From Nemertoderma westbladi (lineage: Eukaryota > Animalia > Xenacoelomorpha): DNA of 64,000 nt. The DNA lies in contig JAUCBJ010008172.1 of NCBI GenBank assembly GCA_032718475.1, positions 9,601 through 73,600 on the forward strand. The letters are read 5' to 3'. Position numbers and translations under genes: made by a program. The notes below the pieces were generated by a model, which was given only the letters and a program-made list of their open reading frames with translations, searched no databases and was not told the origin of the DNA. Positions 37,262 to 51,400 of this stretch are shown piece by piece; position 1 is the stretch's first letter; each line of letters opens with the position of its first letter.

Positions 37262-38686
37262 CTTGTGATATTCTGAGAGACAAAGTATTCTGCTACACGT
37301 TTAGTATAGAAGCTAAACTTCTTAGTGTAAATAGCTTTAGTAACCATCAACCAAACGCAGGTAAAGTATGTGACGCGCAGAAATTTTAAAATATATTTTT
37401 TTTAATGTAAGTCCAAAATCCAGCGAATTGAGCACCTTGAGGTAATAAATGAGTCCACAGCAGCCAAGAGGTAATATTGCTGTTTCCAAAACAGCCTTTA
37501 TTGACATTTCAAACTTAACAATATTGAGGGAATTTGATGTAAAACAAAGTAAAGTACGTGAGGTAGACATATCGTTTTGCAGGCTTCAGTTGCAGGTGGA
37601 TAGAGTTGTCATCCAATAGACGCCGAGCTCCAGGTGGCCTGATGGGCAGGATTCACAGTGTGTGATGCGCTGGCACTGCTTAAGTGGTCAGTTATAGTCC
37701 ATACAACTGTCACCTACTTTTCGAAAAAATATTTTTATGTCACGTACTTTACGAAAAAATATTTTTATGTCACGTACTTTACCATTGTAAATGTGTCAAA
37801 AGCACAGAATTTTCGAGAAATGTTCTACGCAAAACATGTAAATATACTTTAATATTGTAGATTCCACTTTTAGTTACCTTGGAGCTAAATTTGACTTTAT
37901 AAAATAAAATAATACATATTTTTGGTAAAGTACGTGACATTCAAATTGCCTCATGCAAAAATCAAAAGTATTAGTCAGTCAACTCGTTTTAGATCATGAA
38001 CAACGTGGCATTGCATTCCCAAAATGTATATATTCCATCTGAAAAGGCTGAAAATAGCAAAACTGTATTGCATTGTGTCAAATTTTCAAAATACAAAATG
38101 TCTCTAATTTTAAAAAAAAAGTTGAAATTTTAACGCACCAGCTACCAGAGCAATTTACGATACTAGAATTTATATATTTGAGATTTATAGTTTCAGATTC
38201 GTATTCTGCAATAAATTTTGATCTAGTAAAAGTTCACAAAAGCCAACCATACCTAATTTTTAGAAATGAGCCCTTGGTTGACGTTATCGTGGAACGTGCC
38301 AAATACAGTTGACGTCAATCAATTTAACCGTGAGTAATATTCTGTAGAAATTCGGGGGTGTGTCTATAGAAATTTATATCGGTCGCATTAATCGCCACTG
38401 CAAAGCTGTTACCACTTACGTCAACCAATTTAAGCGTAAATAAATATTTCCATTAAAATTTAGGAAGTTTTTCAAAAAAAAATTATCTCAGGACAATAGC
38501 GATTAAACCGGTTGAGTGGTTAAAATATACCCGTTATCCCGATAGCCCATCATTATATTATAAATACGTCGTAAAATACTTTATTTCATCATTCGGGTTA
38601 ATTCATTATTTCATATTTTTTCGTGCATTGTTTTAGCGCAATATTATTGATTATTTTTACACTTAATATTTCACAAAATTTGTCGA

Positions 38687-39801
38687 TGGAATCTGTGAAA
38701 CCGCCACAACCAAAAATGACGCCATTAAGCAGTAGCTCTACTAGCAGTGTACCCACCCCATACGTAACAGTGGCTACGGGTAAGAGTTCGTGGAGTCTCG
38801 AGTGTTTGGAGGAAGGAATAGAAATAAAAGCATTTAATGGGAAATACGTTCGATTCAATCGTTGGGGTGATGCCAACAAAGGCCGCAACGTCGTGCAAGA
38901 ATCGGTAAGTCTTACTTACCAGAACATAAGATTCCTATTTGACTTCCTCAATTATAAGAAAATAGCTATTGAATATTATAAGGAATACACCAGAGGTAAT
39001 TTGTTTATAACACCCATAAATCACGCGTACTTACGCATTGGGAAAAACGGCGCATCAATCTTTATCTCGCGAAGAATTCTAGATGTCTTACAAAACATCT
39101 ACGCCAAAGCCGTTCTTTCCCGTATTGAACCAAAAAAGAAGAAAATTCACGATGAGAATTTTATGGAGTTCGAAGATTGTGGGTACATTGGATATATCTA
39201 CGACTTTGAAGGGCAACGATTTGTCGGCGTTTGGGAAGCGGATGATATAGGTAGACAGCGGAAGGGTGTTCTATATTACGATGGGTTGAATCTCAGAGCG
39301 GATGAATTCTGTTTGCTCGACTTTAACATAGATAAGAATGTTAAGGAGAATATCAACGAGGTTAGTATAAGGTACACTTCGATCGTTAACGAAAGCGGGA
39401 TATATTTGTCCCACAACTTCGACACCAAGGTTATCTTCATCCCTCGAAACAATGCAAATGTCAAGATAATTAAGGAATTACAGAAGTACGTGGGCCACGA
39501 TATTCCGACTGGGTGTGACTTTCTACCGATTAAAAAGTTAGTTGTTGAGGCTGCGATTGATGAATTAGCGGGCGAAGAACTCATGAAAGTGGAAATGCTG
39601 AACAATGCTAGACAGCTGCAGACGTCCGAGGCAGTAAAAGTCACCGCTAAGAAAATAGGTGAGAAAAAAATCTGGTTGCCAACAATTGTGGGAAGTGAAC
39701 TAGGAGGCGGCGCTGAAAAAAAGAATGATTATAAGGATATTGATACTCTCGTTTGGGATGCGAGCGCTCAGATGAAAACACCTCAAGCCATGAAAAATTG
39801 A
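38687..39801 (+). CDS. PC4/Sub1-like ssDNA-binding domain-containing protein (copy 2, most intact)
   Basis: YDFEGQRFVGVWE...DGLNLRADEFCLL and IKAFNGKYVRFNRW...SVSLTYQNIRFL resemble the PC4 beta-strand/ISL-helix pattern; intronless; three copies in the window. Confidence 0.5.
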
Positions 39802-41016
39802 TCTCGTCGTGAATAAAACACCTAGCTATAAGTATGAAGATATCAGCAACTTTGAAGAGGACATCGAGGATGATGAAGACATACCTCAAATAAAGAAGAT
39901 TAAACATTCAGTGTGAATATTTCGAGCGGTAGAAACTTTATTATTATAAATAGGTCGCGTTCGTAGGTGGTGTCGCTGTAACGAGTCAGACATGGTTAAA
40001 TAATTATTATTATTTTGTGGTAGAAAATTATAAATTTGTTAAATTATTTGTTGGTATAATGAATTATCGGTTGAAATATTTGTTGGTATAATGATAATAT
40101 TATAAATACAATAACCTTACGTCCTTACCTTACGTTCCTTCGTCGTAGCTCGCCCCACAACTCATTAATGGCACCCATATGCTAAGGCTTCACTCGCTTC
40201 ATGGCTCGCCCCATTTTTTCAATGTTGGAAGGAATGATGGGGATGTTGGGTGATGGTGGTGGTGGTAATGATGCTGAGGATGAGGAAGAAGATTGGCCGG
40301 ATGGTGATAGCGGGATAAGCGGGTGAGGTGGTGGGAGAAATTTTTTAATAAAGCGGTGACGGATTTAAGTAAATGATCAAATTTAAATAATAATATTATA
40401 AATACAATAACCTTACTTCGATGCTATCACTCACTTCATGGCTCGCCCCATAGATAGAATAATCAAATTAAAATAATATTATAAATACTATAACAATGGT
40501 ATCGGATAAATACAATTATGTTCGAAATTTATTAATAGAAATGTTTTTATTATTTGGAGCTCAATAAGGCAAATATATTTCGATTTATATTAAAATCATT
40601 GTCAATAATAAGCACTATAGGTAGGTTGTAAGTATGTTATGAAATTGTTATAATTACTTGGTATTTCTAGCAAACTGCGATATTCTAACTGTACCGTACA
40701 TTATACAACATCTGTATGTGCTGATATGCACTGACTGAATATTACACAACTCTAATTCTTACAGACACCCTAAAAAGTACAAATAAACGAAATAAACCAA
40801 TAATAACACAATATTTAAATAACCAAAAACCAAAGACATAATGTGGAGCAGACATATACAGTATACATACAGTACAAATACAATTAACTATTCAACTGAC
40901 ACAAGCACAAATACACAAACAATAGCACAAACCACAAAAATATACCCCCCCCCCCCCCCCCCCACATATACACTCAATTACATACCGACATGGTTACGGC
41001 CTGGACCGAGCCCATG

Positions 41017-41385
41017 TCACTTTAACAATGCCGCCACACTTAGGTGGTCTACCTCTACTGATGTACGTTTGTTAATGGCACTATCCCCTAGCGCCCTAAT
41101 GTGAAGACTTTCCAGAATTTTTCGCCTACGTAATTGGTGTTCCCTCCCAACTACCTCCGCTAAATCGAAACGTGGGACATGTTCAGTGTTCACATGATGT
41201 GCTGCCAGGTCCGAGGCTTTAAACCTCCTGTGTCGTATGTCCCCGTCATGTTGTTTTAATCTTATATCTAAAGAATATTGTGTCTCCCCGATATACGTTT
41301 TACCACAATCACAGGGAATCTTATACACCACACCCCTTGGCTCACCACGTGGTTTGTGGCCCCTTAACAAAAAAGAACGTAGGTA
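41017..41385 (-). mobile_element. 5'-truncated Penelope-like element, GIY-YIG endonuclease C-terminus
   Basis: GVVYKIPCDCGKTYIGET..RLKQH..LAAHH..EH..RRKILESLHI. Confidence 0.85.
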
Positions 41386-41397
41386 GATAATAGGTAC

Positions 41398-42290
41398 TAA
41401 TAGGTAGACAACGGAAGGGTGTTCTATATTACGATGGGTTGAATCTCAGAGCGGATGAATTCTGTTTGCTCGACTTTAACATAGATAAGAATGTTAACAA
41501 GAATATCGATGAGGTTAGTATGAGGTACACATCAACCGTTAATGAAAACAGGATATATTTGTCCCACAACTTCGACACCAAGGTTATTTTCATCCCTCAA
41601 AACAACACAAATGTCAAGATAATTAAGGAATTACAGAAGTACGCGGGCCACAATATTCCGTCTGGGTGTGAGTTTCTACCGATTAAAAAGTTAGTTGTTG
41701 AGGGTGCGATTGATGAATTAGTGGACGAGGAACTAATGAAAGTGGAAATGCCGAACAACGCTAGTCAGCTGAAGACGTACGAAGCAGTAAAAGTCACTGC
41801 TAAGAAAATGGATGAGAAAAAAATCTGGTTGCCCGCAATTGCAGAAAATGAACGGGTAGACGGCGCTGAAAAAAAGAATGATTATAAGGATATTGATACC
41901 CTCGTTGGGGGGTATGAGCACTCAGATGAAGATGAAAACACCTCAAGCCATAAAAGAACAATCGCTTAAGCGAAAAATTGATCTCATCGTGAATAAAACA
42001 CCTAGCTATGTGTATGGAGATATCAGCGACTTTGAAGAGGACATCGTCAATGATACGGATGATGGTGAAAACATTTTAAATGAAATCGAGACTAATTGGC
42101 AACCTCAAATGAAGAAGAATAAACATTCAGTGTGAATCTTCGAGTGGTAGAAACTTTATTATATAAATATACCACGTTCGTAGGCAGTGTCGCTGTAACA
42201 AGCCAGACATGGTTAACTAATTATTATTATTTTGTGGTGGAAAATTTTAATTTGTTAAATTATTTGTTGGTATAATGAATTATCGATTGA
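41398..42290 (+). pseudogene. 5'-truncated PC4-like gene copy 3 plus downstream region (direct duplicate of ~39245-40070)
   Basis: GRQRKGVLYYDGLNLRADEF...KKNDYKDIDTLV; shared 3' flank. Confidence 0.8.
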
Positions 42291-42379
42291 AATAAATATT
42301 ATTAAAATGTTATATAAATATATTTATTTATAGTATCATACATTTATTATTATACACATATTTATTTTATTTATTATAC

Positions 42380-42646
42380 ATGGATGAGGAAGGAGAAAAT
42401 GAGATTGTGGTGGATGAGGTTGATAAGGAGGAGGAGGAGGAAAATGAGATTGTAGCGGATGAAATTGATAAGGAGAATGAGATGATACTGGTGGCGATTT
42501 ACGAGAGAGAAAAAGAAGAAGCTCCAAAAAGAAGAAGGAGAGATTGTAGAATAACTGTAGAATTAATTGCAATATTGGTAGCCACCGTTAGTCTGTGTTT
42601 ATTCACCTTTTTTAGTTGTTGCGTCTGTAATAGTCTATCATGTTAA
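42380..42646 (+). CDS. Small acidic protein with C-terminal hydrophobic and Cys-rich tail
   Basis: 88-aa ORF with E/D-rich repeat, KRRRR, then a ~20-aa hydrophobic stretch. Confidence 0.3.
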   Translation: MDEEGENEIVVDEVDKEEEEENEIVADEIDKENEMILVAIYEREKEEAPKRRRRDCRITVELIAILVATVSLCLFTFFSCCVCNSLSC

Positions 42647-43369
42647 AGACACAAACGTCTGCAACCCACTTACTATATTGGGTTTTACCTATTGCGGTTC
42701 AAGGTCAAACGCCAACCAGTAGACACGAATAAATTAAATTACTTCCGTCTGTGGACTGGCCTTATACCACATATGTCACATATACACAGTGGTGACATAT
42801 GTTACATATGCACAATTGTAACCATAGTAAGTGGGCGGGGTGACACAATGGTAATCATAGTAAGTAGGCGGGGCAAGAGCCGTTCCGCAAATTCTTTAAC
42901 ATGGTAGACTATGGCAGACGCTGTTTCATTTAAGTTGTTTACCATACTACTAACAGTATCCCCCTCTTACAGTTAATATAGTGTACGTACATGTGTTAGT
43001 TATATCGTTGCGTTTATTTATATTTATACAGGTTTGGATATGATCTCTATTAGTTTGATTTTTGTTTTGTCAATTAATTAATTGTGCGGTTAATTTGTCA
43101 ATCACAGCCTTAATTGGCTACATTGCTTATTGTATGAATGAATATAATTAATAATAATAATAGGAATTTATTATTCGTTTATGCATTCTAGTTAATTAAT
43201 TGATATACTGTAATTAACGACATAATTATGTAAATAAAAATTGTTAAATGAAACAAATCTTTGTTTCGGTTTATAATTGACAATAGCACACCCTCACAAT
43301 CACTTCAAATTGAGAGTTAAAGTGATTGACATTTTGTTAATGAACTACGCTTTTGTAAGGCATTGGCAA

Positions 43370-43688
43370 ATTCCAACAAATTCCGATGGCGTCAAACATC
43401 TTCAGACAACTTCAAACAGTTTCAGACAATTTCAAACAGCTTCAGACAACTTCAAACAACTTCAGATAGCTTCCAACAACATCCAACAGAAATTTCAAAC
43501 ACTTTCAGAGGGATTTCAGACAGATTCAGATGGGCTCCAACAGACTAAACTTGTTGGAAATATTTTCTCCAACAGAATCAAACAGTACTAAATCTCCATA
43601 GGTTAGCATTGTGCTTGTTTGAAGCTGTCGGAGTGTGTTGGATCCGATCGGATCCGATGGCACTCTGTTGGTGAGCGGGACTGTAGCT
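43370..43688. repeat. ~10-bp TTCA(G/A)ACAAC tandem repeats with a partly inverted right end (MITE-like)
   Basis: TTCAGACAACTTCAAACA repeats; inverted TGTTTGAAGCTGTCGGA at ~43617. Confidence 0.45.
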
Positions 43689-44268
43689 TTCAATAGGCTA
43701 CAAGAGGCATACTGCACAAGAAATATATAAGAAACAATATGGGTACAGTACAACCTGACTGGCGAAATATATATATAGAAACAATGTGATCCAGTCTCCT
43801 ATCAAAAATGAAACCTAACTACAAATAAACACATTAATAACTGCTCGAATAACTATCCTATATATTAGAAAATACAGGACTTTTAGTCCGCCGAAAGGGA
43901 TAAGTCTACATACTAAATTTGATAAAAATAAAGGGTTTCAGGATTTAAACAATGTACCCGGGGAAACACAGCTCCATCATCAGCAGTGTACTGTGAGTCC
44001 CTACCCTATCTAAATACAGCACAGTACCAATTGACCAATATAATACAGGAAATGAAACCAAATACTGAAATAGAGAAATAAACAAATCAGACCGGTAGTA
44101 AATAGATGAAACCCAAAAATTGATACCACTAAAGCCTAAATAAAATACATGAAACCAAAATAAGAATGAACCCAAATGAGAATAGTGACCAAATAGTGAA
44201 CTACTATAACTAACCTGCATAACAAATAAATCTATAATGGCTGTATTGCACAGTCTAATAATAGATAT

Positions 44269-45524
44269 TGTTCGCGCTTTTAAGACCTTTGGCAGTTTAA
44301 CCAGCCAAATCTATATGTCTTCTAGGTTATAAATCTACTCCAGCCTATGACAAGTATTGAACACCTATAATAATTCTAACATTAGCCAAAGCCAGTCTGT
44401 GCGCGACCATTCACCCGCTGGATATACCCGGTAGACTGGATTTGGATGCTTTAATTTGATTGCGGTGCAGGCCTACCGTACTATTCGATTGATAGTTAAT
44501 ATATAATCTCTGACAAATATTATTCACTTTCGGGAAATATTAGCAGTTCCTTTAGGATGTGGCGCTCTATCTATTTAAACAGAGCTATGTCTTACACTAT
44601 ACACAACAGTATGTCTTATAGATCACCAAAGTGCATTCTTTAGGAAATGCTTTGTTACTCGGTCAAGCACACACAGACTATTGCACACAACTGCACACTG
44701 AATTGCCGACATTCACTGATTTTAATCATATATAAAGAGAATAACAACCGACATTTGTAGGGCCTATTAAGTAGCATTGAACTCACTACAAACCACGATA
44801 ATGTATGTCGCAAATTGTTATATGTAACCGGTCTCTCTAACCTTAGTGTATCAAGAAGATTGGGTTTTCGGATCGTTATCAATATTCTTCCCAATAATAA
44901 TATGTAAACGAACGATACAATTAACAACACAGTAAATAGCAGTAAATAATGCGGCGAAAAGCAGTTTACGTCAGGGTGCTTAATCAGATGCCGAGGTGCT
45001 GTACCAAAACCGAGTTAACCGAGACCGAGACCGAGTTGACCAAGATAACAGTTTGATGATCTTATAATTAAAGACGCTCTAATGTCAGAAAACATTCCCC
45101 GGCCGGTGTTCTAGGCGTGGGGGAAACGTCCGTACTGAATCCTGTAATTCTGCTGTACAGCTTTTACACAAAGAGGGAATCTCTGATTGGTCGAATGACA
45201 AAAAGCTCCACATGGATACAGCTGATAGATGTCGTCATTTTGAGCTGAGCAGAACAAAGAACCAAGGCAAGGCTCCGGGCAAGCTACACGTGTAAAGCTC
45301 AGCCATTAGCTGTCGTCATAGTAACGACACTGTTTCAAGAGGATCTAGGGCGTTGCGTCATAGAATTGCTAATCATGTCCTCTAAAGTACACATACAGAA
45401 TAAATAACTTTTATGTCCCCTAAAAACACCGGTACAGCAATGACACGGCCTTTTATGCCTGCTAAACCAACTACAGAGTACTTTACGGGGAAAATAACCG
45501 GTCAATTCCGCAAAAGCTTTTACA
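44269..45524 (-). repeat. 3' LTR of E3 (1256 bp)
   Basis: Near-identical to 54775-56002 apart from a 28-bp indel. Confidence 0.95.
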
Positions 45525-45994
45525 CCGCTCCCAGAAAATGGGATTTTAGTCTATAAAATATAAAAAATCACAGTTTCTAAAATATAAAGATACTCTAAAC
45601 AGTTAGTTTTTCTTGCGCGGACGGCGTTTACGCAGTTTCTTGAGACTAGCAAGAGTCCTTTTCTCTTTGGGGCGAGCCACTTTACTAGGAGGGCTATAAC
45701 TCCTGGGTGAAGGGTGCAATACAATTGCATCAGAAGGTTTAGGGTTACGGTCAGTGTCTCGTCCATTTCGATCTGCTTCTCCTCGAGCTGATTTTCCTCC
45801 GCTTGTCGTTGGACACGCTCGTCCAAAACTCTCGCAGAGAATAGGGTTGTCTAAGCTCGATATCTTCTTAGAGATTCAAGATTTCCCAATCGAACTGAGA
45901 TAAAGCCAATTCGTTTACCGCTTGGACTTGCTGTTATAACTTACGTTTATCTGAACAAACGCAGGTTTCCTTTCTGATCTTTGTAGAATAGCGT

Positions 45995-46850
45995 TTAACT
46001 CGTTTCGTACAACGCTCTCCTTCACCTTGATGAAGGGTTGTATCGCGTTAAACTGGGACGACCATACGGTTGAATGGTGATATTAGGTGTCCGCGTCCCA
46101 ATACGGCTAGGTAAGATGGGCGGCTAGCTAGAGCTCGCTGCCGGAGTGTTACCGATTAATTGTTAGGGTAGCACTAGATCTTTGAACAGTGAATACAGCT
46201 CGTGAGGATCCGGGATACCATCAGAATCGAAAGTCTGAGGTCTAATCAAGGAACGAGGTGGTCTGACCGAGTATTCCGGAACTATGATCGTAGGTTTACT
46301 CAAGGATCGTCTGAGTCGAGCGAGCGTAGGTGATATGTCGAACAAGTTTCGTTTTCCGTGGATGTTTATGTCTTTCCGTTTATTAGTTGGGTCTAGGGCA
46401 TTTATCGTAATAATACCAAAGACGCACGTCTGGTAGGGGAAACGCGGATGATATTTATTTGTTGTCACAATGCTTCTATCAAGAATTCCAAATATACGTT
46501 AGAGTTACCGCGTCCATTTGTCTCTCTAATGTCTTTTCTTTCGAGTCGATTTCGAATAGAATTTTCGCATTCGAATTTCAGTTTATCGTTCCGACTCCGC
46601 TGGGTAGGATATATGTTCGACATAGTCCGTATCGTGTGAATCGATAGAATGGCCAATGGTTAAGAAGTCCATATACGTACTATTACGATGCGTGTAGCGA
46701 GCGGTGAATTTTCCATAGTCCAATTCACGCGTAAGTTGCTTCGAGGAAATCGTCGGTTCTATATAACGACCATCGTCCTCCGTAGTAGTTGGACTAGCGT
46801 CGCCGCGTATCAAACTATCAACAAACGTTGATAGTAGTCTATCAACTCCG
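45995..46850 (-). pseudogene. Degraded homologue of the E2 376-aa orphan ORF
   Basis: Fragments EDDGRYIEP, FTARYTHRN, RNLFDISPTLARLRRSL, with deletions and frameshifts. Confidence 0.8.
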
Positions 46851-48499
46851 TTATATCTGCTATATATGAGTTTATTAATATTATAATGAGCTTATAATTA
46901 GGCTAGCGAGCGTCGCTGCCTACCCCAACACCTACCACATGTACGATCCTCAGCGCAAATGTATCGTCGTCGCTGTGTTTTCCGCCAACGTGTAGCTACA
47001 CCACGACAACGACACTAGCACGAGTCACTCCACTGTCCGTCCCAAAGGCTTAGATACACTTCAGGTTCTTACTGGAGAGTTAGGGTTACTTTCACAATTG
47101 CGACTCGCTACTGTAAACACACCTTAGTAGTAACATTCGCCTATAAACTCACAAATTCCACACACACAACTGTCACAAATTACACATACTCGGGCCATTT
47201 GTCCGTTAGTCAGTGCCTTCCAGAATGCCACGTTATTATTATGTATCCTTGGATACTAGCAGTGCGCTATTTATTTCTTACTCTATGCAATGGGCAAGTT
47301 TTTATTGTTCCTTTTAACTTGCTTCTAATTCTAGCGTGGGTGTTACTATGGTGACATTATGGAAAGCTAGCGGTAGAATTAGGGTAATTCCAATGCATAC
47401 AGATCTGGGATGCTATTTAATAGTAATTCTTTAATGGTCCAATATCTCGTTTATATATGATTTTATAAATTTTATCGGCTATTGACTCATACATGGGAGA
47501 TTCTCACACTCTAACACACTTAATAAGATGAATCTCCGCTCCCGTGATCTATTAATTGATGGGATTTTGGGAATGTTATAAATTGCACAGAATGACAATT
47601 TATTAAATTCATTAAAATATGAATTCAAATTTATTCCCTGAAATTTTATTATTTGATAGTGCAATTGACACAATTTGATTCCAGAGCAGGTCTGGGGACA
47701 TAGGATCCTTAATTCTATGAAAATTGTCTTTTAAGAGTATCGGTAAGTGCTACGATATCTTAATCGACTAAAATTGTTAAAGGATCTGAATTTTACAGAT
47801 TTTGATTTATAGATTTATAAATATTAAATAATTAATATTTGAGATGGGCACCAATTTATTCCAGAACTTGTCTGGGAACGTTAACCACTGATTCTATAAT
47901 TTGTCTTTCAAGTATATCGGTGGGTGCCGCGATATCTTAATCGACTAGAATTACGGATGGTCAAAAGGTTTAACAGATTTATTTGCGTTTCACGCTACTG
48001 TTAGAGGGACATCACGCTACTATATGTATTATTATATATGGTATGAGAGCAATATCGCACGAAGCAATGTCAGTGTGAAGAGGCAAGTCGTTTCCAAGGT
48101 CTACCCAGAGCTTGGTTTAGCCGAGACACGAGGATCTGAACTTTGCATTCCTAATACTCTGCTTACCAATAATACTTGAATATAGTAGGAGCTTTATTGT
48201 ACTTTAATAAGTACGGACATTTCATCTTACTGTAGTCACGTATTTATAATATGATACGGACAGTAAGGAAAGAGAAAAATAATTATTTCTCGCCGTCGCA
48301 CTAAATATATATTATAAGTAATTACGTACGTAATAAACACTAATATATTGCACTAATCTACTAAATAATCACTAAAATAACATTCTACTAAATAAAATTA
48401 AAGAAAACGATTATAATAAAATTACATAATAATACATACATAAATATAAAATAAAAACAAATATAAAATGATATAGTCACACGCCCACTCCATATGTTA

Positions 48500-51400
48500 T
48501 TACGTTATGGAGTCCCTAGATATTTGTCGGATTAGGGAAGTGGTCGTAGGAAGAGTATCTTGCCTTCCATAGTTTCCGGACAGTTTTCGGTCTCTTTCCA
48601 GTAAACATAAACGACCAGCTGGGCGATTGAGTTGTTGTGTTACTTTCTCCGCTCCCTTGGCCTGTCTAATCTCCGCCGTGGTAAGATGAGGAGGCCATTC
48701 TTCTTCTTCTTTACTTAAGAAGCCGGATCCACTTAACCAGCCTGGAGTATCTATCAGTTCTTGAGGAGTTGCTCCTCTGGAAGCAATGTCGGCTGGATTA
48801 ATTGTCCCAAGGCAATGTCTCCATTGATCTATAGTGGAGTTAATATCGTCATTATCTGAGGAGTATGGTGTTCCCTCAGTTGGGTCGTCCACCTCACTGC
48901 TCTCCACTTCCCATTCCTTTACTTGGTATACCTGTTCTTGAGGTAATCTCTCTTTGAGAGTTCTACGGGAAGGGCCAGTGAAGTACCAACCTACTCTAGT
49001 TCTTACCGCATAGGTTCGTAGTGGCTGTGGTTGAGCAGGCCATTTCTCCAATGTCTCTAGCGCCTCATGCGCGTTTTGGCCGATGAGTATTTGCACTCCA
49101 GGATAATCTGTGTGGAATCGAGGTATCTTAAGCTGCTGGATGCTCTCGTCCTCGTCCCAGTTATAAGGTTCTACTTGCGTAGTAGCGAAGTTCTTTATAG
49201 CCACCATTTTTACTGACCTTATACTTTGTTCTCCTAATTTATCCTGGGGGGTGCACAACGCACCTACATAGTAATCTGCCGTTATGGTAGATTTCCAAAC
49301 CTGCATAATTCCTGACATATTCAACTTAGTTCGGAATTTGGGTTGTCCAGCAAAGATGTCTTCGGCTAGTTCTTGATCGATGAATGTTCCTGTGCTGCCG
49401 GAGTCAAGGAGGGCGTTCACTATGTAACTTTTGTTAGGACCGTGAACTCTTACCTGCACTACAGGAAATTCTCTGATTCCTACGTTGGAAGTTGGAGGTT
49501 TCCAAGATGGTTGTCTGTCAAAGGTAGTTGGGGGGAACTCATTGTCGGTGTCCTTTTCATACGTAAGTGCTCGATACACTGCGGTATTTATTAGGTAACA
49601 GGATTCGTTGGCATCGGAGAATTCGTCCGTATAGAATCCTTCCATCTCAGATTCTTGATCAGTGTCATTTACATCACTGAATTGGACATGTAGTTCGGGC
49701 TCACTTACCTGACTCAGGTTGTTTCGTTCGAATTCACTGTGTAACAAGATGTGATGTTTCGCACCGCACTTTGCACACTTTACGTCAGAGTAACAGGTTC
49801 GCCGTTGGTTTCCTTGTCTGAGGCAATTATAGCATAACCGCTTATCCCACATGACTTCACATCTGTCTACCAGGGATTTCTTTAGGAATTCAGCACACAC
49901 ACTCAAACGGTGGGGCCTGTCGCACAGCGCACATTTTGGTTTGATGTTACTCACTCTACCTTGGGTAACGTTATGCACTCTCGTTCTTTCTTCGGGCTTT
50001 CTTCCGTGAATTCTCTTAGGAGACGTAGGAGGAGTTGTTGTTACCTGTTCTCTCCTGTCACTGGTTCGAGACTTATATTTACTTACGTCTTTATAGGTCT
50101 TGTTGTCATAGTAAGATTTTGCTGTGTCTTTCCCGCTGTCCCCTTCTTGAGAAGCTTGGCTTTCGCCGTCGTCAGTATAACACACTGGTGTTACCCTTCT
50201 CCTAGAAACGGGTTTCTCACTTACCTTATTTTCCGATGTTTTCTCTCTGGACTGCTTTATGAGTTGTAATTTTACTTCACTATCTAAGAAGGACATGAGA
50301 TCAGCCATGGTAGGGCCTCGTCGTTGCTGCTCATTCATATACAACACTTTCTTGTCCCAGCGTGTACATACTCCACCCTTTGGTAAAGTAGAGACTACGG
50401 CTCCAATAACCATGGAACTCTGATATTCATGAGACTTACCTAACCAGTCCAATTGTCTACAGATCTCCTGAATCTCATCGGAAAACTCTATAATCCCGCT
50501 ACTAAGGAACTTTCGGGGGGCTACTAATTTTGCATACAAATACTTAGCTATATTATCCTTGTTACCATACCTGATGTTTAATGTATCCCAAACTTGTCTT
50601 AATCCATTCGGATGTCCAATAAACTTTAACGCCATTAACTTGGGAGGTCCTTCCAAGCACTTGATGAGAAATCTAAGTTTCTCTCCGTTAGATAGTACAG
50701 AGTTCTGTATGCTATCTTTGTAATATTCATTGAAAGGTAACCATTTCATCTCATCTCCATTGAATTTTACGATTTCTCCCACTTTGACCGCTTGGCGGGC
50801 TTCTGTTCTAGCCATCTGACGCGTAAAGCTTTCTTGGGCCATCGTATTATTTAATATCGAATTATCGGTATATAAATTTCTCGGATAATTATCAGGTCTA
50901 TAGGGAATATCATTAACAACAGGTTCATAATCACCCTTAATAGGGTTTGCTATAGGAGTTTCTACTTCACCAGCAGTATAGATGCGTGTAGGCTCCACAC
51001 CTTGCGCATGTAATACTTCAGACCTATCAGGTTGACACAATGTTACAGGGGGTATTGGTATACCCTTTTGTATATTGACTAAGTTGTCGCGTTCTAGCGC
51101 GATACTTTGCTGCACTTCTTGCAATTCTACCCTACTTTCCCTTAATGTTCCCTTGAGTTGGTGGACAGTCTCCTGCATCTGTCCGAGCAGGAGATTCATC
51201 CCCCGCCGTCCCTCCTCTACCCACTCGACCGCCGAAGCGGGAGTCGCCAACATTGTAGCGGGCAGACGCGGGATGACGGGAGACAAATCTTTGATTTCTC
51301 TCTCGGCATCCAGGACAGGGATATTCTCATGGACTGTTCTACCGGGTACAGGCAGTGTAGTACTGTGTAAAGGGAATTTAGAGTTAAGCTCTGGAAGTAC

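Noticed and set aside
37262-38300. DNA transposon or MITE with AAAGTACGTG / CACGTACTTT repeats
   Set aside because: Internal inverted motifs are present but I could not define termini or a TSD
40680-41020. Hammerhead ribozyme or SECIS in the Penelope 3' region
   Set aside because: No CTGANGA..GAAA core or SECIS motif seen; only a simple hairpin at the stop codon
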